Assembly: GCA_002269645.1 (NCBI GenBank)
Contig: NIVC01000158.1
Span: forward strand, 62,001 to 126,000
Direction of reading: 5' to 3'
Length of the DNA: 64,000 nt
Origin: Macrostomum lignano
Taxonomy: Eukaryota
This document shows positions 12,754-25,073 of the stretch, one piece after another. Made by a program: the position numbers and the translations under genes. The notes under the pieces are model-generated. The model saw nothing but the letters and a program-made list of their open reading frames with translations, was not told where the DNA came from and searched no databases. Position 1 is the first letter of the stretch; each line of letters begins with the position of its first letter.

Positions 12754-13119
12754 GAGGGGGCCGTAGCCCAGCGGTAGCGCAGCTGCTCTGGTGTGCCAGC
12801 GACCCAGGCTCGATTCCAAGTGCAGTCACATTAATTTGGCGCTGAATTGGAATCTCGGCTTGGCTCTGCTCGTGCAATTAACGGCCTTGAGAGCCAACCC
12901 CCCAAGGCGCAGTGAAGTGTACATGCCTAACGATAATATAAAGTTAGGGCCGCTGTACACTCCTGTGTGAGTGTGTGCCTGCGTACGTATCCGCGCGCTT
13001 GTATGCCTGCTCAGGGGAGTCGGCGGAATGGGCAGTAATGCCTCTCGCCGGTTGTGAGCCTATGTCGCTTAAAGTGCGCCAGGGTGCACACAACCCCCCT
13101 GCCTCTAATAAAAAAATAC
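12754..13119 (+). mobile_element. tRNA-derived SINE, ~366 bp, 10-bp TSD
   Basis: A box TAGCCCAGCGG (~12764) and B box GGCTCGATTCC (~12807); A-rich tail; TSD ctagctgccg at 12744-12753 and 13120-13129. Confidence 0.85.
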
Positions 13120-14004
13120 CTAGCTGCCGATTTTTTATCCCTAATGCCCCAATGTTAGATTATCATATCGAATCCACCTACTGGGGAATAATTTGACGCC
13201 TATGATTTTCAAATATTCCGTGATCTGCCAGCAAAATTTTATCCCAAGTCAAAGAGTATTGAATTTTTGTGGTTCAGGCAGAAACATCTGTCAAGGCAGT
13301 TTAAATCTTGATATGCGATGCATGCAGTATTCTTTTTTTGCCTTATTTTGTTTTATTCTATAACTTTTTTAAACGAAGAAAATTCTGTACATATTTTTTC
13401 AACAATTCCGGCTTTAAAGCAACTTCAATTTTATTTATAAAATTCTCAGCAGCATCGAAAGTCGGCATCACAGAAGATTCCGTCTGTGGTCGCCACTTTT
13501 GAGAGTGCAGGTGAAGTCTCTCTCAATCTTTGCGAGTGACGCAATCATTAGCTACGCCGCGGCAGACTTGAGTTGAGGAATGAAGTGGGGGGAGCGGTAT
13601 CCGAGGGTTTGGACGAATTAAAGCTATCCCGACCCGTTTTCCCGTATCTTTTGTTTCAGAATAGTCCAAGAGAAATTGCTCACTGGCGCATTAGAGTGGC
13701 GAATTTTCAATTCTGAGTATAACTCCATATGCACGTTAAAACTCAATGGAAATTTTTTTCAGTACCCTTTCTCAACATTTCAACTGTTTTTTTCTCATAA
13801 CAGAGCTTTTAAAATATGCCTCTGTTTATTAGTTAATTACTCGTTTGAAATAAATACACGGAGTTTTCTTTAAATATATATTAATATAATTTATTTCTGT
13901 CAGTTAACTATTGAACTTCTAATCCCCCTGAGCGACATCACTTCGATGGAAGTTATTGGTCGCCTTGGCCTAAGCGGAATGGACGGTCTTCCTCCTGCCC
14001 TAAC

Positions 14005-14405
14005 CCTATTACACCCTAGCCCTAAACCCTACCCCAAACTAACTCTAACCCTAGCCCTAAACCCTACCCCAAACTAACTCTAACCCTAGCCCTAAACCCT
14101 ACCCCAAACTAACTCTAACCCTAGCCCTAAACCCTACCCCAAACTAACTCTAACCCTAGCCCTAAACCCTACCCCAAACTAACTCTAACCCTAGCCCTAA
14201 ACCCTACCCCAAACTAACTCTAACCCTAGCCCTAAACCCTACCCCAAACTAACTCTAACCCTAGCCCTAAACCCTACCCCAAACTAACTCTAACCCTAGC
14301 CCTAAACCCTACCCCAAACTAACTCTAACCCTAGCCCTAAACCCTACCCCAAACTAACTCTAACCCTAGCCCTAAACCCTACCCCAAACTAACTCTAACC
14401 CTAGC
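14005..14405. repeat. 35-bp telomere-like minisatellite (ccctagccctaaaccctaccccaaactaactctaa)n
   Basis: About 11 units built from degenerate CCCTAA hexamers. Confidence 0.95.
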
Positions 14406-15686
14406 CTAAACACCAATTCTAAACAAACCGAAATCGTTGGCACTCAAATTTCTGTCAGTTAAAAGACGATATCCCGCATGCAGTTAAATATAAAAATCAA
14501 TATTATGTACATTGTATAATGTGGTACAATGCCCCTTGATATTGATATAACAAAATCAGTTCTCAACTTCTGGGAGCAACCGAAATTTTGCCAATTCTTA
14601 TAAATTTGAAAATATATTTTATAATTGATGTATGCGTTATATGCTTGCTAGTTACTGCGAACACTGCACTGCTAAACTGGGGGGGGGGGGGGGGAAGGGT
14701 GGCAGGGAGAGGGAGGACAGATCTTCCAGCCTTAGGAACGAAAAAAGAAAATGGCCGATTTCGTCTCCTTGATATAGCATCCTTACGTGTTCGTCTCTCT
14801 CCGGTCTTGATTCTATCTTTTCTTATAGCTATGCATAACTATACAAGCGGTGCATGCACTTACTCAGCAAAGGCTCGATCATTAAGAAAAATCTGCAGAG
14901 AGAAAGTGCCTAAGGATGGCTATAGCTAGCAATACCTTGGGCGTTTAGGCAAGGGATCGTATGATATGGCCAGTGGAAAGACGCTATACACTCGATTTTC
15001 TAAGAAATGAGCTAATTGCTGGTAGGGAATGAATTTATTTGTCGCATCGCCAGTGCATTTTAGCATGCTCTCGAGAAATCGGGTTTTTCTCATTCGGAAT
15101 TTGTCTATGGCCAAAACCCCATTCGATCAGCGCTATGCGTTCTCTGGAGCATTTCTTAGAAAATCGTGTGCAGCGATAACGTTCATCTATACATCAGGTT
15201 ATCCACGCGTCGGGCGCGAAAGTAAGACGTATTAACCGCTGAGCTGCTCTGCCCCCCCCCCCCTTAAAGAAAAGCAAAATAAATTATGGGCCACAAAAAA
15301 CTAGTTCGAAGCAGACAGGCTATACCGCCGGCCATAGTATACTGGCGAGGGATCGGGGCAGGTCGGGGTTAATCAGGAAGGAATTTTGGCTGGCCCATAG
15401 GAGCGTAGCAAACTCGCATTAGGGAGTTCTCAAATCCTGCCTCATCCTGACTGCACGCGAAAGGAAGGAAGCTGGAGAGACGGAGGGCGCGGGATAGAAT
15501 TAACTTGATGCGGCCAGCTTGCCGCCTGTTCCTGTTCGGGCGGCCAGGCGAAAGGGTTTGAAATGGAATTAGGGACGCTTCGCGGAAGCGAACGCGGCTG
15601 CGGGGAGTTGTGGGGAAAAATGATGCCAACAAGGGGAGAATTGGGGGTGAAATCCGAGTAAACACGATCCGGGAGTGGCACCCCAC

Positions 15687-15822
15687 CTTGTCTTCGGTCT
15701 CCCGAGCCAGACCGAGTTGCAGGTGGAATTGGACAGCAGCTTCGTCCAGTCTACCCAGCGCTTTCAGGGCGTTGCCAAGGTTACCAGATGCCTTGGCTTC
15801 TCCGGCTTTGTCCAAAATCGAT
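15687..15822 (-). CDS. GPSM2: GPSM2/LGN/Pins exon 2
   Basis: SILDKAGEAKASGNLGNALKALGRLDEAAVQFHLQLGLARETEDK, matching LGN GEAKASGNLGNTLK; acceptor tttcAG, donor GTGGGG. Confidence 0.9.
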
Positions 15823-16386
15823 CTGAAATGCCGATTTAGCGATTGATTGAGTTCCATGCATGCTTTGCTTTGGATGCGTTTCATTTGTTCCCTCAACCAT
15901 ATACTATTGACGTTCCCAATAAATTTAATTGTCGATTTTTATCGGACTGCAAATACTAATGTGGCAACAACTTACCATAATGCATGACCGCTACTAAACC
16001 GCTCCTTTCCGCTTCTTGCATCCTCTCCCTCCCAGCACCATCCCTGATCCTAGCCCTGATCTTCTATCCTTCCAGCATTCCCGATCCTATCACCCTCTCC
16101 CTCCTAGCACACTCTCCCTTTTATCACCTTTCACCCTTCTAGCACTCTTCCTCTCTCAATTTCCTCGAAGGCATGCATACACTAACATTAACTTTGCTAT
16201 TTGTTTTAAACTGGCCCAGAGGCTCGTAAATGACCGTATGCAGAAAGTTTCCAATCATTATATAACTACTAATTTGCTTTTGTCCGCATGCTAATACCTG
16301 TGAGGTATACTACGTCGTATCGCAAACACGGTGCAAGAGCAATAGTAAACGTGGAATCAGCCAATATTACAGACCGCGGGTCTTAC

Positions 16387-16640
16387 CTGGACAGCTCGAG
16401 GTCCAGCTGGTGATATTCTAATGCCTTGTCAAATTTCTTCAAATAGAAATATATATTTCCAAGCTGACTGTAAAGAATAGAGCGCAGTTTATGATTGTCG
16501 GCGTGCAGTAAAGCTGATTCTAACACCCGAGCGCCTTGTTCGTGTTTCCCCTGCTGACAAAGCAGTTCTCCATCTTGTACCAATTGCATGTACTGCTTTC
16601 GTGGTGAGCTTTGCAGTTTTCCGTCACCATTATTGGACAT
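16387..16640 (-). CDS. GPSM2: GPSM2/LGN/Pins first visible coding exon
   Basis: ELLCQQGKHEQGARVLESAL...LRSILYSQLGNIYFYLKKFDKALEYHQLDLELSR (LGN TPR1-2); donor GTAAG at 16386; four exons total 1701 nt = 566 aa plus stop. Confidence 0.9.
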
Positions 16641-18090
16641 CTATAAAAATGTTCAACCGCATTTGGAGGAAGAAATTATTTGTTTGCAAATTTGAAATGA
16701 TATGAGGTAAAAATTCTGCAAAAATATAAAAGCATACAACAACCATAGAAAAAGATGCATGAAGTTTATAGTAGCTGTTTCAATTTGCGCTTGGAAATTG
16801 TTTCTTTTAACAAACTCTTTCAATTTTGATTCCTAACGAAGCCAAAATGTCAGGAATACTAAATTATTGAACATAATTAATCAAGCATGTGTTGAAGCTA
16901 TATATTTAACTGAAAAAAGCCATAGGTTAACAAAATAAAATGCTTACAGGGAAAAAAGCACGCAAAAAATAGAATTTACCGACATGTACACGTACCTTGG
17001 ACTGAAATATCGTAAATTTCAGTCGTTCGTTCAAACTGGACTCAAGTAAAGCAAATTAACAGAGGTTGGGTTAAGTTACAGAGCTGATTAGTCTCCTTCT
17101 GGAATCTGGATCGACCTTGACACGCCCGGACAGGCCCGCACGAGCAGTTAAACTGAAATCTCGCAATACGTACTACTAAAGGGCGAATAATTCCTCTTCA
17201 TCATTTTGAATTTTTATGAATGCTCAGAAGCTCTCTATTATTAAAAAAGACAAAATAGTCAATAACTAGGAGTTTAAAGTATAATGTTTGTTCAATCGAT
17301 CTAACATTTTTGCTGTTTTTTTTAAAAATTAGTTTCTTTCTTGAGAGCTCGCGCAAATTTAACCCCGGCGGGAAATTTGAGGGGGCCTGTAGGGTAAGCT
17401 TTCTGTGAGGTGTGAGCTTGTGTGAGCTTTTAAGCACGGAAAAGCTCACACACAAAAGCTCAATTTGCAATCAGGGCAGGGCAAACAGAGCTGCTGGACT
17501 GGACCTGGACGAAACACAAGTTATAAAACATAGTTACTGACACAAGTAACACCGTTTCCCTTGCGGCTGGATGACTGGCGCAACCATTAATCAGTAGGGC
17601 CTATCTACTATTGAATAGATTATCAAGATTAAGTCAAGAGTAAGGGCCCAGGCCTAGTTGTATTATGATTATAAGGCACGCGTTATTGTGACTTGTGACT
17701 AGACTTTTCTATTTGTTTTTGCTTTTTTGCTAGAAGGCATTGCATTTAGCATCCTTTAATAAATCAATTTCAATTTATTTACCACTAGAAAGTAGTAATT
17801 GACCTTGGCTTAGACTTTAACCTTTTAATTAAAAAAGGGGCCTAATCTTGACATGGCAATTTTAAAATGGAAACTTGTATAGAAATTTTTTGTTAGGCCT
17901 TCTTCAACAATATAAGACCTTTTTAGGAAGCCAATTGCCTCTTACATGCAAAAACTTTGTCTTTGTTTTACATGTCAAAAGGGGAATACAAACCTTGTCC
18001 TACACCTATTGTCTTTTACTGTCTTTTAAATTCTATTTATATTATAGCATATAAGTCTTGGTTATATTCTTGATATTGGTTGATTTAATA

Positions 18091-19213
18091 TGAGGGTTAT
18101 CAGAAAAGTTCTGTGTATATTGTAATAACTTGAGAACAATAAACAGTACAGAAACATGAAAAGTTATAAATGTCTTCCTTAATATCTATTCATTCAAAGT
18201 ATGAGCCCTCTGCTTCAATGCACTCTTTCCTATGTTGCATCAGCCTGTCAATGCTTGCAGTCATGTCATTGTTTGTCACGGTGGCAATGCCAGCCTTGTA
18301 GGCCTGATTCACATCTTCCTCTGTGCTAAAACGTTGGCCTCGCATCAACTCCTTGATGTGAAGGAAGAGGAAAAAGTCACTTGGACTTAAGTTGTAGACC
18401 CTCCTAGTCGAAGAAAGTCACATGCATGACCTTCAGCTGGCCAATGCTCCAGATAGCCTTTTGAGGTCGCAGAGAACCTAGCCTGCACCATATGGCACTC
18501 GTCCACTTCAATTCCACCTCCTAAGAATATGCCCAGGTTTCATCCTGCCAATATCGCAGTAGGTTGGATATGCACATAGGGGCCTAGTGACCCGCCGAGC
18601 CCACTGATTGTCAATGAGCAAATGTGGCACCCACTTGGCATAGACCTTGCACATCCTAAGGTCCTTGGTCAGGATCTTGTGGACTGAGTCGTGAGACACC
18701 CCTATGGCATCAGCCAGCTACCTGGTGGTCAGTCTCTAGTCTTGTAGCACAGTTGCCTTCACCTGACTCACCAGGCTATCAGTCTGAGCACTTTTTGGTC
18801 ATCCACTATGTGGCTTGTCATTGAGGTCTTTTTGCCATTGTAAATGGCAATAGCCCAATGGTAAATTGTTTCATAATATAGACAAAAGTCTCCTATATGG
18901 TCTGTTGCATTTCTTCTAAAATCTCAGTTGCTAAATTGAAAAGACATAAAAATGCTCCTGAAAGACATAAAAATTGATGATTGCTCGATTTTGGCATTTA
19001 GAAAACTCTCTTGTAGGACAGAATGTGCCATGGGTATAGTTGAATAATTATTGCTACACAGGCTAGAAATGATCTGGTGCTCTAAAACTGAAGCTAGTGA
19101 CTCTATATATGTACATATCTATGGCTAAAACCCCAACTCTTTAGCTATTCAGAGAATAGCTCAAATAGAGCTGAGCTATTTTCTAATATACAGAACTTTT
19201 CTGACAATCCTTG
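18091..19213 (-). mobile_element. Decayed mariner element with TIRs and TA TSD
   Basis: ta-tgagggttatcagaaaagttctgt ... acagaacttttctgacaatccttg-ta; transposase remnant LADAIGVSHDSVHKILTKDLRMCKVYAKWVPHLL with in-frame TAG stops. Confidence 0.85.
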
Positions 19214-20559
19214 TACCAGTTCTGTGGCTTGTCTACAATTTCATCAAACACTATCTAAGTAGTAATAGCACTCACTTGCTTGATTGAGCTATAGGCTGTT
19301 TATGCTAAGATTCTAAGGCAATTAAATCCTTGGCTTAAGTTGGATGATCTATATTTACTATAATCAATAATATTCTACTAATAGAAAATCTGGCAACCAT
19401 TGTTTTGCAATGCACTAGGTCTAATCTCTTTGAAACTGTCTTTTGTGCCTCTGGATCTAATAGTAGTTTATTCCTAGTTTCAATGTATTTGAAATAGGCA
19501 ATGTTTGTAACATGTTGGATCTTGAAGTTGTTGGCATAATGACCTATCTAGAACATTGTCCAGCTACATTAGATTGGGAATAAAGGTTCTGAATCTAATT
19601 TATTCTCATTGACTCTACAGTCTTTTTCTAGAATTCAATGGTAGCTTTCTATGCCAATCCATATTGTTTCCATTTTTTGCCTATATACCTTGAACTCTTC
19701 TTCCTGATTTTCTAGCCACTATTTAGCTTTGCTAATAGTTGCATCATTTATGACACTGTATAAAATGTTCTAAAAGTGACTTTTCTATTGAAATCAAAAT
19801 TCAAATCAAAATTTGCTACTTTCTAAAATCGAAATCAAAATTTTCCAAAATTGAAATTCAGAAAAACAAAGTTTAGCATGACCAACACTCACTTTTTACT
19901 TTTGATTTATTGCTCATGCAAAACAAAATACATGTATATATAGTAGAAATTCCATTCCATTTTTGGAACTTGGAATTTTATTAGGCTCAGAAAAACAAAA
20001 GTAGCCACAATTGCCAATACAATTGTTTAGCTATCTTTAACCATTGTAATAAGTTTTGTTGCTTTATCAAGCAAATTAAACTATTTCTTGTTCTTTATGC
20101 AAATCTGAAACTTTCTTATTTTGTAGAAGATCAAAATCAAGCTTGTTGCATAGCTTTGCATTATAAGGCTTCTTCACCTTCTGGCCATAGGTTTTCACTA
20201 GGAATTTTATGTAATCCTCAAATTGAAGGTAATAAGTTAACTTGTATTCACAGATCTCTTCAAAGCATCAAGCTCAAATGAATAAAACTAAGGTGCATCA
20301 ATGAGTTAAGATAGAAGGGGCCTCCTGACTATGAGTAGAGACCTTCTTTCAATGATCTTGTTCAGTTTGTCACAATGATTCTGATTCAAAAAGTCCAAAA
20401 AGCATTGAAACTGCACTCTTTGTACATTTGCCTGATCATTTCAATCAGCCAATCAATTATACTTTTGCATAGCCCTAAGCCTTTATATCTTTGCAGCCAA
20501 GTACTATAATTATTAATTTCTTTTTCTAATTTTGTCATCTTATTCTTGTTGGCAATGGC

Positions 20560-20860
20560 CTCTTTCAGTTCAACAAAGGCCTTCTGTTTGGCCTTTAGGA
20601 ACTTTATGAATATGTTCAAGGTGCTACCATAGAGCCCCTTTCAAATATAGAAGGTTGCACTCTGGACATTGGACCTTTGTTGGGCATTTGTCAAGTGGAA
20701 AAGTTTCTCGTATATGCAGCTTGATTTTTTTAGTCAGCAAGTCAATTGAGTTGCCACTCAGCAAATCCTTGTGCAACTCCTATATGTGCTGACTAAGTTG
20801 CAAACCAATAATGCCATGTTGCAGCTCTGTCTTGCCTTTTTTCAAAAAGGACATACTTTT
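20560..20860 (-). pseudogene. Decayed ORF with C2H2-type zinc finger(s), probably transposon-borne
   Basis: One frame reads LSQHI*ELHKDLL...KVQCPECNLLYLKGALW*HLEHIHKVPKGQTEGLC*; stops are TAG, TAG, TGA. Confidence 0.55.
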
Positions 20861-22320
20861 TTCCTGCTTCTTGCTGTTCTCGACAATTTCTCTAGATCTC
20901 TATCTTCATTGACACTAATAGCTGCAGACATAGATGCATGTTATAGATAATGAAACTCTAGCAGCCTAAGAAGTGACAATTGCCAAAACAGAAAATGGAG
21001 TAACAATACTCAGTTTCTAAATCTTTTTGGTCTGTTTTATCCCAAAAAACTTTGCCATAAATTTCAACTGAGTAGCTAGCCAGCCAGTCATCTGCTTTTG
21101 TAGATGAAGGTATAGTGTGGTAAAGTTCAGCAAAATTGTTGACAGCTTTAAACTTTTTATTCTTTTAGCAAGACTGTTACTTTGTGGCAAATGCTAGGGT
21201 TCAAACAAGTACTTGAATTTGTTAAGTTTTGAGCCAAATACTTAAGCCTTTTGTGAAAAACTTGACTTTGCCAAGTTGGGATTAGGGAGAAAAGTAGGGT
21301 TGATTCAAGTTTTTTAGGACAAAGGGTAATGCCATAGTTAAAACATTTTTTATGACTTTGATTAAAAGAAAATGAAAATACAATTCAGTTTATAAGTCTT
21401 GAATGTATTCTAATTGTTATTAAATGAGTTAAAATTATGTTTTTTATTATTTCAGTTTTCAGATAGCATTGGCCATGCCTATTGATAGCTATAATTAGCT
21501 ATAAATATTATAATAAAATTATTAGAGTAATAGCATTGCATTGTTGTATGCAATTGTAATGCATTGTTAACACAAGTAGTTTTATATAATGAATTTTTTT
21601 TGGTACAAGATCTTTTAATTCCTAGAGTAGACCCTAGTTCCTTTATTATAGCTTCTAAACTAAAGCCACTTTTACAAATTTCAATATAAAATTTTGGCAG
21701 ATAGAAATTATACACAACATTCTATATAAGAATGTTGAGTAAGTCTAAGTATTCCATATCAAATTGTTGCACTAGCATATATATTATTAACTTAAATAAT
21801 GGGCATAGATATAAAAAAGTCTAATTTCTATGGTCTTTTAAACATAAAACATTTTTTCTTCATTGTCCTAATTTGCATAAACAAAATTGGTAGATATCAG
21901 CAATCAGCATACAAAAAAGAGTTTTAACAAAGTATATTTTTGTATATTTTGAGCACCCTGTGTCTATTGTATTCTCTGCATGGTCCATATTTCTATGAAA
22001 TGTATCAAGTTGACAAATAGATACAGGTCTAAGCATGTACTTTCAAAGTGAAGCCCTAGCATACACGTGTAACTTCCTGAATTTTATCTAGCTGGTGAAA
22101 CATAATTTACCATGAAAATATTATATGTATGTCTAAAAAGTACTCATATTTAGTTATATATGTAATTTAAATCTTTTTTTCTCTTTCGCATCAATTGTTT
22201 AATGCTCCATCTGTCTTTGTTTTTGTAATATATTGTGGATAGGTATGTACGAGTACTCGTATATTTTCATGTTTTTGTATTGTGTACTCTTTGGTTTTTC
22301 AACATACCCCTGCCTTGGCT

Positions 22321-23372
22321 GGGAGTAGGACGTTTGCTTGCCGAAGTTTGCTTGCAGGAAATTTGCTTGCAGGAACTTTGCTTGCAGGAACTTTGCTTGC
22401 AGGAACTTTGCTTGCAGGAACTTTGCTTGCAGGAACTTTGCTTGCCGAAGTTTGCTTGCGGAATTTTGATGTCTGCTTCCTAGAATTTGCTTGTTTTGAT
22501 TGCTTGTGAAGTTGGTCAGTCAATTATTACTTACTACAGTCTACAGATGCTTTGCAAATGGATTCTTATCAGCATCAACGTAAACTAACTTGACACTAAG
22601 CTTTCAAACTAGGCTTACAGAGTTGCATTCTAAGAATTAAGTATACAGAAATGATTAGAGATTTAGTATAGGTAAATTGGAATCGGTAACAGTATAAATC
22701 TTTGTAGTTCCTGATTTCAGCACGATTGAGCAGGTATGATAATTGTAGTGATGCTAATGTACAATAATGCATATACTATTGATAATTAGTATATAAAAAT
22801 GTAAACGCACTTGGACTGGCGGATTTGCACGAGTACAAGTGTCGTGTACTTGTCACCGAGGAACAAAAGTTAAAATAGATTTGTAGAACCGAAAGTTCCG
22901 TGGAGTTTCGAAAGTTTCTGCGTTATGGCTAAAATCATAACACTATATAGGCGACTTCCATGAATCTTAGAAACTGAAAATTAGAAATACAAGAGCTCAA
23001 AAATACGTTCTTAAGGTTCCGCAAGAAAGCTTTTCCTGGCAAACCTCGTCAAGCAAAATTTCTGCAAGCAAACTTCGGCAAGCAGACTACGGGAAGCAAA
23101 AGTTCGGCAAGCAGACTACGGGAAGCAAAAGTTCGGCAAGCAGACTACGGAAAGCAAAAGTTCGGCAAGCAAAAAGTTCGGCATGCAAAGTTTGGCAAGC
23201 AGACTTCGGAAAGCAAAAGTTCGGCAAGCAAAGGTTCGGCATGCAAAGTTTGGCAAGCAGACTTCGGAAAGCAAAAGTTCGGCAAGCAAAGGTTCGGCAT
23301 GCAAAGTTTGGCAAGCAAAGTTCCTGCAAGCAAACTTCGGCAAGCAAACTTCTCGCAAGCGAATTTCATAGA
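22321..23372. mobile_element. Foldback-like element with inverted arms carrying internal tandem arrays
   Basis: 22332-22370 equals the reverse complement of 23311-23349 (38/39); 15-bp array in left arm, gcaagca-rich array in right arm; AT-rich spacer; no TSD found. Confidence 0.7.
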
Positions 23373-23506
23373 CCCGCCTTGGCCACTGTCACCTGGGCTG
23401 GATCGTATTGGTAGAAAATGCTAGTTCTGTTTTGCTTAGGCCAATATTATTTAATTTATGTGCATCAGTTTGGCTATATATATATATCATTATATGGCTA
23501 TGAATA

Positions 23507-24360
23507 CGAGGGGCGTCCGGAAAGTAGTGTTACTTTTGCTTGGTGTGGACGTATGGACAGTCACACTTGCATGTGCTTGGTGTCATTTGAAAGCGGCAAG
23601 TCTCTTCTTTAAAATGACACCAATTGCAAGAGATTTAGATCTGTGCTTCAAGAGATATGGACGATTAAGTAGAAAAAGGTCAGTCATAGACTTACAGAAC
23701 CTCAAAAATGTCAACAGAAAACTTTTACGAGTTTATCGATTTTTTCGTAATCATGGGCTGTCTATGGCCAAATGTGATGCAGTGAACGAGAGGGGCTGTC
23801 TCATAAAACTACAAGACTTGTAAAACTGCTTCTGCTGCGCCTGCAAAGTTTATTGACATTCAATTTTCAATTGTGAACTGCAAATGGATGTGCATTCAAA
23901 TACTGGGCAGCGACATGCCATCTTTACACTTTGGAGCTCCGGAACCAAATCGGCTGACATCCACAGGCAACTTTGCACAGCTCATGGCGACCATGCTGTC
24001 AGCAAGATGACAAGTCTGCCAACCGATGAATGATTTTAATGTTGTTCGCTTGTGTGATAATTTGCTTGTTATCTGTTTCACCTGCTTCTGAACTGTACTG
24101 TTGTGTTTTTTGCTTTTTCTGGAGTAATTACGCTCGTGATAAAAGTTTTCTGTTGACATTTTTGAGGTTCTGTAAGTCTATGACTGACCTTTCTCTACTT
24201 AATCGTTCATATCTCTTGAAGCACAGATTCAAATCTCTTGCAATTGGTGTCATTTTAAAGAAGAGACTTGCCGCTTTCAAATGACACCAAGCACATGCAA
24301 GTGTGACTGTCCATACGTCCACACCAAGCAAAAGTAACACTACTTTCCGGACGCCCCTCG
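23507..24360. mobile_element. Mariner-derived MITE with ~221-bp TIRs, TA TSD
   Basis: TA-cgaggggcgtccggaaag... 23507-23727 mirrored at 24140-24360 followed by TA; core encodes mariner N-terminus remnant GQRHAIFTLWSSGTKSADIHRQL. Confidence 0.92.
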
Positions 24361-24575
24361 TAGAAAATACTAATTGCAACTATGTGTTCTTGCCTATGAC
24401 TTTGCCTATGTTATGAGGTCCCTGTTTTAACAAAACTCTAATGCATATATTATAAAAAATCAATAGACTAAACTTCCATTTCACCAACTGTCGATATATG
24501 TTACAATACTTGGTGCAGTAGTCTTACAATGCTACTGGAGCTTATAGAATATGACATCAAATTTCTAATCATGCC

Positions 24576-25073
24576 ATGGTGAAGGGAGACAAGCGCAAAT
24601 GGAAGGAGGGCTTCTTTGAGAAGCTCACCGCTTTGCTCAGCGAATACTCTAAGACCTTCATTGTTAGCGTTGACAATGTCGGCTCCAAGCAGATGCAGCA
24701 GATCCGGCAGTCAATGCGCAATGAAGCCGTGATCCTCATTGGCAAGAACACCATGATCAGGAAGGTGGTCCGGGCTATGCTAGACGACCATCCCACCCTG
24801 GAGAAGCTGCTGCCCCACATCCGGCTGAATGTTGGCTTCGTGTTCACCAACCAGGATCTGAACGAGGTGCGCAAGAAGATCGAAGGCAATCAGGTGGCCG
24901 CCCCGGCCAGGGCCGGCTCCATTGCACCCTGCGACGTAGTGGTGCCCGCCCAGAACACCGGCCTGGGACCTGAGAAGACCAGCTTCTTTCAGGCGTTAAA
25001 CATTCAGACTAAGATTACGCGCGGTACTATTGAAATCTTGTCCGACGTGCCGCTGATTAAGAAGAATACTAAG
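24576..25073 (+). CDS. RPLP0: 60S acidic ribosomal protein P0, exon 1
   Basis: [12 protein letters not shown]...GKNTMIRK...[18 protein letters not shown]; donor GTAAGC at 25074. Confidence 0.97.

Noticed and set aside
12757-12828. Possible tRNA gene
   Set aside because: Imperfect B box and cloverleaf, and it lies in a TSD-flanked element, so called a SINE head
14005-14405. True telomere or chromosome end
   Set aside because: Not a pure TTAGGG array and flanked by exons of one gene on both sides
14985-15172. ~21-bp inverted repeat (cactcgattttctaagaaatg / catttcttagaaaatcgtgtg)
   Set aside because: Probably a tiny MITE remnant; no TSD confirmed
17410-17462. 12-bp stem gtgtgagctttt/aaaagctcacac
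   Set aside because: Isolated short hairpin with no assignable function
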